Part shown: positions 54,128 to 64,000 of the stretch, one piece after another
Layout of the letters: each line of letters opens with the position of its first letter
Numbering within the stretch: the stretch's first letter is position 1
Origin: Dehalococcoidia bacterium
GTDB lineage: Bacteria > Chloroflexota > Dehalococcoidia > Bin125
DNA length: 64,000 nucleotides
Reading direction: 5' to 3'
NCBI GenBank assembly: GCA_963662615.2
Contig: CAXXSR010000001.1
Location: forward strand, 1,152,001 to 1,216,000
Made by a program: the position numbers and the translations under genes
The notes under the pieces: model-generated
Told to the model about the DNA's origin: nothing
The model's input: only the letters and a program-made list of their open reading frames with translations
Databases searched by the model: none

Positions 54128-55411
54128 ATGGCCGAGCAACAGCCCTTTGCGGGGATCACTGTCATCGAGTTCGGTCAATTCGTATCGGTGCCGTTCTGCG
54201 CGCAGCTTCTCGCCGAGGGTGGAGCGGACGTGGTGAAGATCGAGCCGCTGGAAGGAGACGCGGTGCGCCGGCTCGCGCCGCTGGCGCCCGGGGAGACCCG
54301 GACGTTTATCTCGCGCAATCGCGGCAAGCGATCGCTCCCCCTCAACCTGCGCCACCCCGAGGCGGCGCCCATCATCCAGGCCTTGCTCGCCGACGCCGAC
54401 GTTGCCTTGATGAACTTTCGCCCCGGCCTGGCCGAAGCGCTTGGGCTCGACGCGGCGACGCTGGTGCGCCAGTACCCGCGCCTCATCGTCGGTCAGATCA
54501 CGCCGTTCGGACGGCAGGGCCCGGAGGCGAGCTTGCCGGCCATGGACGTGGTGGTCCAAGCGCGGAGCGGCCTCATGGCCGCCAACGGCCGCACGAGCGC
54601 CGGCGTCCCCACGTCTGGGGATCCGCTCAGCGCCGATTACATGTGCGCGATGACCTTGGCCTTCGGCATCGCCGCGGCGCTGCTCCGGCGGGCAGGCACG
54701 GGCCGCGGCGGAGAGGTGCAGACATCGCTGCTGCAGGCGGCGCTGACGCTCCAGAACAACCAGATGGTGCGCATCGACAGGGTGGAGCGGGCGGCACTGG
54801 ACGAGGCGCTCGGCACATTGACACGCCTTCGGGCCGCCGGCGCGCCGTATGAGGAGCAGCGAGCCGCGCTTCCCACTGGGCGGCCGGCCGGGCTGACGAA
54901 AGTCTACTTTCGAACCTACCGCACCCGTGATGCCGCCATCGCGGTCGGCTGCGCCAGCCCGGTATTACGGCGAAAGTTCCTCGCCGCGGCCGGCCTGGTG
55001 GACTCCATGCTGGAAGCGGCCGAGCAGGGTCGGACGTCGCTCGAGGATCACTACGAGGGACTTCGGGTGGCGGCAGAAGAGAGGCTTGCATCGCGCTCCG
55101 CGACGGAATGGCTTCAGCTCTTTCAGGAAGCGGGAATTCCGGCCGCGAGCGTGAAGTTTCCCGCGGAGCTGTTCGAGGACGAGCAGACCACGGCGAACGG
55201 AATGTTCCACGATCTTGACCACCCGAGCCTGGGACCCGTCCGGGTGCTGGCCCCGCCGCTGGCGCTCGATAGCGACGGCTTTCAGCCGGCGCCGGCCACC
55301 GCTGCCTTCGGCTCTGAGGCGCGGGCGATTCTGGGAGAGCTGGGCTTCGCAGCGGAGGAGACCGAGGCGTTTATTGCGAGCGGCGTCACCCGCACGGCAC
55401 CGGCGCCTTGA
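54128..55411 (+). CDS. CaiB/BaiF class III CoA-transferase
   Basis: LA..GADVVKIEP..GD..R, NRGKRS, NFRPG, QA.SG, catalytic Asp in ADY. Confidence 0.92.
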   Translation: MAEQQPFAGITVIEFGQFVSVPFCAQLLAEGGADVVKIEPLEGDAVRRLAPLAPGETRTFISRNRGKRSLPLNLRHPEAAPIIQALLADADVALMNFRPGLAEALGLDAATLVRQYPRLIVGQITPFGRQGPEASLPAMDVVVQARSGLMAANGRTSAGVPTSGDPLSADYMCAMTLAFGIAAALLRRAGTGRGGEVQTSLLQAALTLQNNQMVRIDRVERAALDEALGTLTRLRAAGAPYEEQRAALPTGRPAGLTKVYFRTYRTRDAAIAVGCASPVLRRKFLAAAGLVDSMLEAAEQGRTSLEDHYEGLRVAAEERLASRSATEWLQLFQEAGIPAASVKFPAELFEDEQTTANGMFHDLDHPSLGPVRVLAPPLALDSDGFQPAPATAAFGSEARAILGELGFAAEETEAFIASGVTRTAPAP

Positions 55412-55557
55412 ACTCGCCCGGCCCGCAGCGCACGATCGTGTCAGGTATTGCCGCGTTCGTCCGCCTGTATGTTTTGTGTCTCGGCGAGCGTTACACGCTT
55501 GCCGCATAGGTTTCGACTACAATTCCCTGGTCATCGCTTGCAGAAACGGAGGAAGAG

Positions 55558-55938
55558 ATGCCACTTGTTACATCGCTGGACGACTTCGGCGCGCGCTTTC
55601 GTGAGGCATTCTTGGCGACGGACCTGGACGCTCTCGTCGAGCTGTATGAGGAGGACTCCATCTTCTACTCGCCGCGTCGAGACACCGTCTGGAAGGGCCC
55701 TCGCGACATTGTCAAGATGTTCGGGGAACGGTTCGCCGTCTCGACGCCCATCGAACTGCTGATCATTGAACGCCAGGTGTACACCGACGGCGACTACGCG
55801 ACGACGCACGGGGTTTACGAACTCCAGGAGCGACGGAAGGACTCAGGCGAGGAGCGGACCTGGCGGGCCCGCACGACGGAGCTTCTGCACCGTGGCGCCG
55901 ATGGCGGCTGGCGCATGGTCATCGATCACGCCTCCTAG
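55558..55938 (+). CDS. NTF2/SnoaL-like (YybH/DUF4440) protein
   Basis: D.DAL..LY.ED, G...I, DGGWRMVIDHAS; RBS GGAGG. Confidence 0.85.
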   Translation: MPLVTSLDDFGARFREAFLATDLDALVELYEEDSIFYSPRRDTVWKGPRDIVKMFGERFAVSTPIELLIIERQVYTDGDYATTHGVYELQERRKDSGEERTWRARTTELLHRGADGGWRMVIDHAS

Positions 55939-56163
55939 ACCGTGCCGGCATTGTGGAAACGGGCAATCCGCTGACCGGGCGGCGTGAGGTCGGGCGCGGC
56001 CTGCACCGTTTCGTCCCTCCCGCCCAATGCGATAGGCTCGCCTGGCCACGGCGGTGAACTGCGGCGGTAGCTCGCGCCGCGCCGGCCGCTGATGCTCGCG
56101 CTTGGCGCGGCCTCGATCGCGCTGCGCGCGCTGGTACCAGACCGCTGCGAAAGGAACGCCCCC

Positions 56164-57246
56164 GTGAAGGCCGCTCTCTTCCATGGCCCGCAGCAGGACC
56201 TCACGATCGAGAACGTTGAGATCGATGCGCCCATGGAGCGCGAGGTGCTGGTGCGCACAGTCGCCTCCGGGGTCTGCCACAGCGACCTCCACTTTATTGA
56301 AGGGCTGTACGACTTTCCCGCGCCCGCCATCCTGGGGCATGAGGCGGCCGGCATCGTGGAGGCGGTGGGAGATCGCGTCAGTGACTTCCAGCCCGGCGAC
56401 CGCGTGATCGGCTGCCTCTCCGCCTTCTGCGGCAAGTGCGAATACTGCCTCACGGGACGCACCCACCTCTGCCGGAGCCCGGAGGTGCGGCGGGGCAAGT
56501 CGGACCCGCCCAAATTGACCTGGAACGGCCAGCCGGTCAATCAGTTCGCCAACCTCTCCACCTACGCCGAATTCATGCTGGTGTACGAAAACGCCTTGGT
56601 GAAGATCCAGGACGACATACCACTGGAGGCGGCGGCGCTAATCGGCTGCGGCGTCACGACGGGGGTGGGCGCGGTGCTGAATACCGCCAAAGTGGCGCCC
56701 GGATCGACGGTCGCGGTCTTCGGCTGCGGCGGAGTGGGACTGTCCGCGATCCAGGGCGCCCGCATCGCCGGGGCGCGGCAGATCATCGCCGTGGACACGG
56801 TAGAGAGCAAGCTCGCCTTGGCGCGTGAGCTGGGCGCGACGCACGTCGTCGATGCCTCCGTCGGCGATCCCGTGGAGAAGATCCAGGATCTCAGCGACGA
56901 CGGCGTCGACTACTCGTTTGAGGCGATCGGCCTGAAGGAGACGGCGGAGCAGGCGTTCCGTAGCATTCGCCGCGGCGGTACCGCCACCCTGATTGGCATG
57001 ACCCCGCGCGGGCAGAAGATCGAACTGGACGGCTACTCCTTCCTCTCCGAGCGCAAGATTCAAGGAACCTCTATGGGCTCGAATCGCTTCCGCGTGGATA
57101 TGCCGGTCTACATCGAATTTTACAAGCAGGGCCGGTTAAAGCTCGACGAGATGATCACGAAAACGGGCCGCCTGGAGGACATCAATGAAGCGTTCCGGGC
57201 GATGAAGGCGGGCGAGGTGGCCCGGACCGTGCTGACGTTCAATTAG
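56164..57246 (+). CDS. Zn-dependent alcohol dehydrogenase
   Basis: GVCHSD, GHE.AG.V, C..C..C.......C, GCG..TG, GCGGVG. Confidence 0.95.
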   Translation: MKAALFHGPQQDLTIENVEIDAPMEREVLVRTVASGVCHSDLHFIEGLYDFPAPAILGHEAAGIVEAVGDRVSDFQPGDRVIGCLSAFCGKCEYCLTGRTHLCRSPEVRRGKSDPPKLTWNGQPVNQFANLSTYAEFMLVYENALVKIQDDIPLEAAALIGCGVTTGVGAVLNTAKVAPGSTVAVFGCGGVGLSAIQGARIAGARQIIAVDTVESKLALARELGATHVVDASVGDPVEKIQDLSDDGVDYSFEAIGLKETAEQAFRSIRRGGTATLIGMTPRGQKIELDGYSFLSERKIQGTSMGSNRFRVDMPVYIEFYKQGRLKLDEMITKTGRLEDINEAFRAMKAGEVARTVLTFN

Positions 57247-57342
57247 CCGCGCGGCGGGGCGGGCGTTCAAGCCCGCCACATGCGCCACAGCGCGAGGGGC
57301 TGCTGGGAGGGTTCAGGAGGCAGGCTGCGGATGGGGGGCACC

Positions 57343-58278
57343 ATGCAACTCGTCTTGGGCACGAATGACGGCGTCTGGACGGTCCGGGACGGCGCGCCGG
57401 AGCGGGTTGGCCTGGCGGGGAAGCGCGTGACCCACGTGGCGTCGGGAGGCGAGGTCATTCTGGCCGCCCTCCCCCACGACGGCCTGTACATGTGCGCGGC
57501 CGAGGCGCGGCGCGTCTGGACCGGCGACGCGCGCTCCTGCGCCATAGGGCCGAGCGGCGCTTTCTACGTGGGCGTGGAGCCGGCCGTGGTCCATCGCAGT
57601 GACGACGGTGGAGACACGTGGCGTCGGTTCGACGCGATCGATGACTTACCCACCCGGAGTGAGTGGACGTTCCCACCACCGCCCCACGAACCCCACGTCC
57701 TTTCGATCGACTTCCTCCCCGGTGAGCCAGAGGGCCTCTTGGCCGGCATTGAGGTCGGCGGCGTCATCGTCTCCCGGGACGGGGGCACATCGTGGGGCGA
57801 ACTGAACAGCGGTGTCTACGTGGACATCCATTCGGTGCGACCGGATCCGTCGCAGCCCGGCCACCTCTACGCTGTCACCGGCGCGGGCTTCTACGCGAGC
57901 GAGAACGGCGGTACGACTTGGGAGCGCCGCATGGAGGGTGTGGGGAACTGGTACACCATTGGCATGCACATCCACCCGCGGCACGGCGGCGAGATTCTGA
58001 TGGTCGCCGGCGATAGCCCCCCGGGCGTGAACGGCCGCGCCTATTTTTCGAAGGACGGTGGCCGCGGCTGGGAGGAGCTCCAGGACGAGGGTCTCCTCTT
58101 CGGCAACGGGCACGCGCCGGTCCCCCTGTTCGCGAATGGAGATGCCTGGCTCGGCAGCAACAACGGGCAGCTGCTGCGCGCTGCGGACCCTCGCGGCCGC
58201 TGGTCCGTCGTTTGCGAGATAGGCGCGGCGATCAATGCGCTGGCAGGGGATGGAAGCCCCTCGTCCGTGATGCATTAG
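57343..58278 (+). CDS. BNR/Asp-box repeat beta-propeller protein
   Basis: SDDGGDTW, SRDGGTSW, SENGGTTW, SKDGGRGW. Confidence 0.85.
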   Translation: MQLVLGTNDGVWTVRDGAPERVGLAGKRVTHVASGGEVILAALPHDGLYMCAAEARRVWTGDARSCAIGPSGAFYVGVEPAVVHRSDDGGDTWRRFDAIDDLPTRSEWTFPPPPHEPHVLSIDFLPGEPEGLLAGIEVGGVIVSRDGGTSWGELNSGVYVDIHSVRPDPSQPGHLYAVTGAGFYASENGGTTWERRMEGVGNWYTIGMHIHPRHGGEILMVAGDSPPGVNGRAYFSKDGGRGWEELQDEGLLFGNGHAPVPLFANGDAWLGSNNGQLLRAADPRGRWSVVCEIGAAINALAGDGSPSSVMH

Positions 58279-58368
58279 CGATCACGCAAGCGATCGCGTG
58301 CGTCCTCCCGGCGGCGGCCACAGGGGCAATATCGCTCGCCGTCCCGGGCCGCCTATCATGACCTGAAG

Positions 58369-59868
<1,500 letters not shown>

Positions 59869-59978
59869 CCTCCCCACCGTCCGGCGCTCGGGAACCGATC
59901 ACGCCTCCGCAGCGTCTTGCGAGATCGGGGGAGGTTTCTGATGGTGCCTACGCCGGTGCGGCCCTATAGTGCGTCCCG

Positions 59979-61331
59979 ATGAACTGGCTGTGGGACCCGG
60001 ACACGCGCAAGTGGCTGGTCCCCGGCATGGGAGTCAAGCGCTGGTTCTTGCTCCTCTTCTTGGGGATGGCGTTCTTGGGCTTAGGCGTCTCCTATCTGGC
60101 ACGCGAGGCCTATCTGACCTGGACGCTCCCTGACGCCTTCTACTACATCACCTTGCAATTCATGCCCCAGGTGCTGCGAGGCATCGTCTTTATCGCCGTG
60201 GCCATCGGCTTCGTCGGCGTGGGGGTGTGGAGATTCAATGCCGGGCTGGTCGCCGCGGTCCGTAGCAGCAAGGGGCTGAGCGGGAACGGCGATCAGCGAC
60301 TGGTCAACCTTGTGTACCGGCACCGCTTCGCTTCGCGAGGGCCGCGCGTCGTCGCCGTAGGCGGCGGGACCGGCCTCTCCGTTCTTTTGCGAGGCCTCAA
60401 GGAGTACACGGACAACCTCACCGCCGTGGTGACCGTCGCGGACGACGGCGGCTCGTCAGGCCGGCTGCGGCGCGATCTGGGCGTCATCCCGCCCGGCGAC
60501 GTGCGCAATTGTATCGCCGCCCTCGCCGACGCCGAGCCGCTCATGACCAACCTCTTTCAGTATCGCTTCTCCGAGGAGGCGGGTCCGGGGCTCGAAGGGC
60601 ACTCGTTTGGCAACCTCTTCATCGTGGCGCTGTCGGAGGTCACCGGAAGCATGGAGGAGGCGATCCGCGAGACCGGCCGGGTGCTTGCCGTGCGCGGGGA
60701 GATCATGCCCTCCACGCTGGAGGACGTGCGCTTAGTGGGGCGCACCCGGGACGGCCGCACGATCCGTGGCGAGTCCGCGATTACGGCCGCGAAGAGCGAG
60801 ATCGCGACGGTGGAGATCGAGCCGCAACATCCGCCGGCCTACCCGGACGCCGTCAACGCCGTCCGCAACGCGGACCTGATCGTTGTCGGCCCCGGCAGCC
60901 TCTTCACCAGCGTGCTGCCCAATCTCCTGGTCCCCGACATCCGCGAGGCGCTACAGGAGACCCGGGCCATGAAGATTTACGTGAGCAACGTCGCCACGCA
61001 ACCCGGCGAGACGGACCAGTACAGCATGCAGGATCACATGACGACCATTGAGGCCCACGTGGGCGGGTCTCCGTTTGACTTCGTCGTTGCAAACAACAAC
61101 GTGAGCGCAGAACTCCCGCGGAGCTGGCACTCGCAGCCCGTGCACATCGCCTCCGACGTGGCCCAATCGGCCGACGCGGGCCAGATCGTCGCGGCGGACG
61201 TCATTGACGTCGCCAACCGCTACAGGCATGACCCGAAAAAGCTGGCGGACGTCATCTTGACGCTCTACCATGAGCGCGGTGAGGCGGCGTTTCGGCTGAG
61301 CGAGCCGGCGAAGATCCTCAGCGACGCCTAG
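59979..61331 (+). CDS. yvcK: Gluconeogenesis factor YvcK/GlmR family (with N-terminal TMs)
   Basis: GGGTGLS, VADDGGSSG.LR, PPGDVRN, GHSFGNL, GPGSLFTS, RHD. Confidence 0.92.
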   Translation: MNWLWDPDTRKWLVPGMGVKRWFLLLFLGMAFLGLGVSYLAREAYLTWTLPDAFYYITLQFMPQVLRGIVFIAVAIGFVGVGVWRFNAGLVAAVRSSKGLSGNGDQRLVNLVYRHRFASRGPRVVAVGGGTGLSVLLRGLKEYTDNLTAVVTVADDGGSSGRLRRDLGVIPPGDVRNCIAALADAEPLMTNLFQYRFSEEAGPGLEGHSFGNLFIVALSEVTGSMEEAIRETGRVLAVRGEIMPSTLEDVRLVGRTRDGRTIRGESAITAAKSEIATVEIEPQHPPAYPDAVNAVRNADLIVVGPGSLFTSVLPNLLVPDIREALQETRAMKIYVSNVATQPGETDQYSMQDHMTTIEAHVGGSPFDFVVANNNVSAELPRSWHSQPVHIASDVAQSADAGQIVAADVIDVANRYRHDPKKLADVILTLYHERGEAAFRLSEPAKILSDA

Positions 61332-61352
61332 TTCTCGCCGCGAGGCCTCGTC

Positions 61353-61580
61353 GTGGACGCCGCCGCTATCCTTAACGTCTTTCAGATCCTGACCGCGCTG
61401 CTGCTGATCACGGTCGTGCTCTTACAGGCCAAGGGCGTGGGCCTGGGAAACATCTTCGGCGGCGGCGGCGGCGGCGAGACGTACCGCACCCGCCGCGGCA
61501 TTGAGCGCCTCCTCTTCCGCGGCACCATCGTCTTGATGGGCCTCTTCATCGCGCTGTCGATCGCCGCCGTTCGCGTTTGA
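61353..61580 (+). CDS. secG: Preprotein translocase subunit SecG
   Basis: Two TMs, VLLQ.KG.GLG..FGG, RRG.E..L. Confidence 0.92.
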   Translation: MDAAAILNVFQILTALLLITVVLLQAKGVGLGNIFGGGGGGETYRTRRGIERLLFRGTIVLMGLFIALSIAAVRV

Positions 61581-61591
61581 GCCGTCCCCCC

Positions 61592-62431
61592 ATGGTGGCG
61601 CCATCCGGCATCGTCACGCTCACGACCGATTGCGGCCTGGCCGACCCCTACGTGGCGCAGCTGCATGCGGTGTTGCTCAGCGCCTATCCGCCCGTCCGCA
61701 TCGTCGACGTTAGCCACGCCGTTCCTCCCGGCAACGCCGAGGCCACCCTCTTCCTCACCGAGAGCGCCTGGCCCGCCTTCGCGCTCGGCACGGTGCATCT
61801 GGTGGTCGTGGATCCGGGTGTGGGGACGAAGCGGCGCCTGCTGGCCATTGACACGGGCGACGCCTTTCTGGTGGGGCCGGACACGGGGGTCCTCAGCAGC
61901 GGCCTGCCCGATGCGATGCGACGCCTGAGCGAGGTCGCACCCGTACCGCTACCGCCGGGCCTGATGGCGGTGGAGATCAGCTCTACGGCCGTCCGCGCCC
62001 GCGAAGTCTCCGCCACCTTCCACGGGCGCGACATCATGGCCCCAGTGGCGGCGCGACTCGCTGCCGGCGCCGCCCTCACACAGATGGGGACTCAAGTCCG
62101 GGACGTGATGACGGCACCAACGCTCGCAGCGCCCATCGAACGCGGCGTGGGCGAAGGGCGGATCATCCACATCGACCGGTTCGGCAACGCCATCACCAAC
62201 TTTCGCCTGGCGCACGCGCCCCCGCGCTTTGTGCTTAGCGTGCACGGCGCCCGTGTCGCGGGGCCCGCGTCGAGCTATCAGGCCGGTCGGGGCGGCGGCG
62301 AGGCGGGGGCGGTTGCGATTGGGGGGAGCAGCGGATACCTGGAGGTCGCGTGGCCCGGCGGCAGCGCTGCCGAGCGTCTGGGCCTCCAGCTCGGGGATCA
62401 CGTCGCGCTCCGGCCCGACGACGCCCGCTGA
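61592..62431 (+). CDS. SAM hydroxide adenosyltransferase / chlorinase-like (DUF62)
   Basis: TLTTD.G..D.YV, VVDPGVGT.R, GPD.G, TFHGRDI.AP, IDRFGN..TN. Confidence 0.9.
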   Translation: MVAPSGIVTLTTDCGLADPYVAQLHAVLLSAYPPVRIVDVSHAVPPGNAEATLFLTESAWPAFALGTVHLVVVDPGVGTKRRLLAIDTGDAFLVGPDTGVLSSGLPDAMRRLSEVAPVPLPPGLMAVEISSTAVRAREVSATFHGRDIMAPVAARLAAGAALTQMGTQVRDVMTAPTLAAPIERGVGEGRIIHIDRFGNAITNFRLAHAPPRFVLSVHGARVAGPASSYQAGRGGGEAGAVAIGGSSGYLEVAWPGGSAAERLGLQLGDHVALRPDDAR

Positions 62432-62447
62432 CCTCTATCCTCGGTCA

Positions 62448-63416
62448 ATGAGCCCGCCACGCGTGGCGTTCTTCGGATCGCCTGAGTTCGCCATCCCGAC
62501 GCTCAGGGCGCTGATTGCGAGCCCATTCCGGCCGGTGGTGGTCGTGACGCAGCCCGACCGCCCAGCGGGCCGAGGGAGGTCCCTCCGGCCTCCGCCCGCG
62601 AAGGAGCTGGCGACGGGCGCGGGCATTCCCTTGCTGCAGCCGGCCCGCCTGCGCGACGCGAGCGCCACGGCGGCGCTGGCGTCCTATGAGCCCGAGCTCC
62701 AAGTGATCGCAGCTTACGGCCAGATCCTGCGCCCGGAGGTGCTCGCCCTGCCCGCTTGGGGCACCTTCAACGTGCACGCCTCCCTGCTGCCGCGCTGGCG
62801 CGGAGCAGCCCCCATCGCGGCGGCCATTCGCGCCGGCGATCGCGAGACCGGCATTACCATCATGCTCGCCGAACAGGGCGAGGACACCGGCGAGATTCTC
62901 GCGGCCCGCCCCGAGCCGATCGACGACAGCGATGATGCCGGCGCCTTGAGCGAGCGGCTGGCCGACCTGGGCGCGGCCCTCCTGCTCGAGACGATCCCGC
63001 GGTGGCTGGACGGTGAGATCATCGCGCATTCTCAGGACGAGAGGTTGGCGACGCGCGCGCGCCGGATCACCAAGGTGGACGGCGCGATCGACTGGACTCG
63101 ACCAGCGGTGGAGATCTGGCGGCAGGTGCGCGCCTTCACGCCCTGGCCCGGCGCCACGACATCCTTACGGGGAACGCCGCTCCACGTCCGACGCGCATCT
63201 CCCGCGAGCGCCGCCCGCGACAGTGAGGACGTCCCCGGGACCATCCTCGCCGTCGACGACGCCATCGCCGTGCAAACGGGTGGCGGCGTTCTGCACATCG
63301 AGCGGGTCCAGCTGGCGGGCAAACGAGCGATGTCCGCTCGCGAGTTCGCCCGCGGGCGGCGAGAACTCCTTGGTGTCCGGCTGGGGGCGCCTGCCGCCGA
63401 GCCCGCCGGAGACTGA
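62448..63416 (+). CDS. fmt: Methionyl-tRNA formyltransferase
   Basis: FFGSPEFA, VVTQPDRP.GRG, AAYGQIL, NVHASLLPRWRGAAPI, RAFTPWPG. Confidence 0.96.
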   Translation: MSPPRVAFFGSPEFAIPTLRALIASPFRPVVVVTQPDRPAGRGRSLRPPPAKELATGAGIPLLQPARLRDASATAALASYEPELQVIAAYGQILRPEVLALPAWGTFNVHASLLPRWRGAAPIAAAIRAGDRETGITIMLAEQGEDTGEILAARPEPIDDSDDAGALSERLADLGAALLLETIPRWLDGEIIAHSQDERLATRARRITKVDGAIDWTRPAVEIWRQVRAFTPWPGATTSLRGTPLHVRRASPASAARDSEDVPGTILAVDDAIAVQTGGGVLHIERVQLAGKRAMSAREFARGRRELLGVRLGAPAAEPAGD

Positions 63417-63466
63417 TTCGCCGGCGACCCCCTGGAGGCGGCTCATCCTCGGTGCGCCGGAAGCGC

Positions 63467-64000
63467 TCAACTCCGCGGAGGCGGGCGTCCACCGCGAGGC
63501 GCGCGGGCGCCGGGTGACTCCGCAGTCTCGGCGTCTGGCGTGGCGCCCTCGGCGGGCTCGCCTTCTTCATCGGCCGGCGCTTCCGCTTCGGCCGCCGCCG
63601 CCTCCCTGGCGGCTTCTTCGGCCTCGTCCTCCGCTGACAACCGTGGTGCGAGGAGCGTGACGATCTGCACGGTCGGATCCGTCAGCACGCGGACGCCGGC
63701 CGGCAGCTCCAGATCGCTGATGTGGATGCTTTGGTGGAAATGCTCGATGCCGGAGATGTCCACCGTCAATTCGGACGGCATGTCGGACGGCAGCGCCTCC
63801 AGCGACACTTGGTCCAGGATCTGGACGAGCACCCCGCCCTGCGCCACCGCCTCGGACTGGCCCACGATCACCAACGTGGCGGCAGCCTGGATCGGTCGGT
63901 TCACGTCAATCTGAAAGAAGTCAACGTGCTGTAGCTCACGGCTGACGGGATGACGCTGAATCCCGCGGAGGACGACCGATCGCTTCTCGGACTCCCCGGC
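63467..64000 (-). CDS. rplY: 50S ribosomal protein L25/Ctc, 5' end outside window
   Basis: IQRHPV.....HVDF, GG.L, P..MP....VD.S.....IHI.DL, acidic tail. Confidence 0.92.
   Translation of the reverse strand, partial: AGESEKRSVVLRGIQRHPVSRELQHVDFFQIDVNRPIQAAATLVIVGQSEAVAQGGVLVQILDQVSLEALPSDMPSELTVDISGIEHFHQSIHISDLELPAGVRVLTDPTVQIVTLLAPRLSAEDEAEEAAREAAAAEAEAPADEEGEPAEGATPDAETAESPGARAPRGGRPPPRS

Noticed and set aside
61592-62431. Fluorinase/chlorinase of a halometabolite pathway
   Set aside because: Housekeeping context (secG, fmt) and the retained Asp/Arg/His pattern fit the widespread DUF62 SAM hydrolase

Overview
High-GC bacterial chromosome segment, most likely Chloroflexota/Dehalococcoidia. 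This is inferred from the short 16S helix (CCCCTGTCGCTAGTTGTATTTCTCTAGCGAGAC) and the gene style. It is mostly core genes: mreBCD-mrdA-rodA, clpC, rpsA, tilS, split methylmalonyl-CoA mutase with meaB, uvrC, xerD, eno, gap, ffh-rpsP-khpA-rimM, gatB, yvcK, secG, fmt and partial rplY, plus 14 tRNA genes and several catabolic enzymes. Two things stand out. (1) An rRNA locus reads 16S-tRNA-Ile-tRNA-Ala-5S with no 23S gene. (2) A ~10 kb lower-GC integrase island (37.9-47.8 kb) next to tRNA-Arg(CCT) carries defence-like cargo: an IS3-interrupted TIR gene, a NucS-like nuclease fused to putative RAMA and alkyltransferase-like domains, a small GIY-YIG nuclease and an ADP-ribosyltransferase-like ORF. All calls come from motif recognition by eye. 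No database searches were run, and start codons are best guesses.
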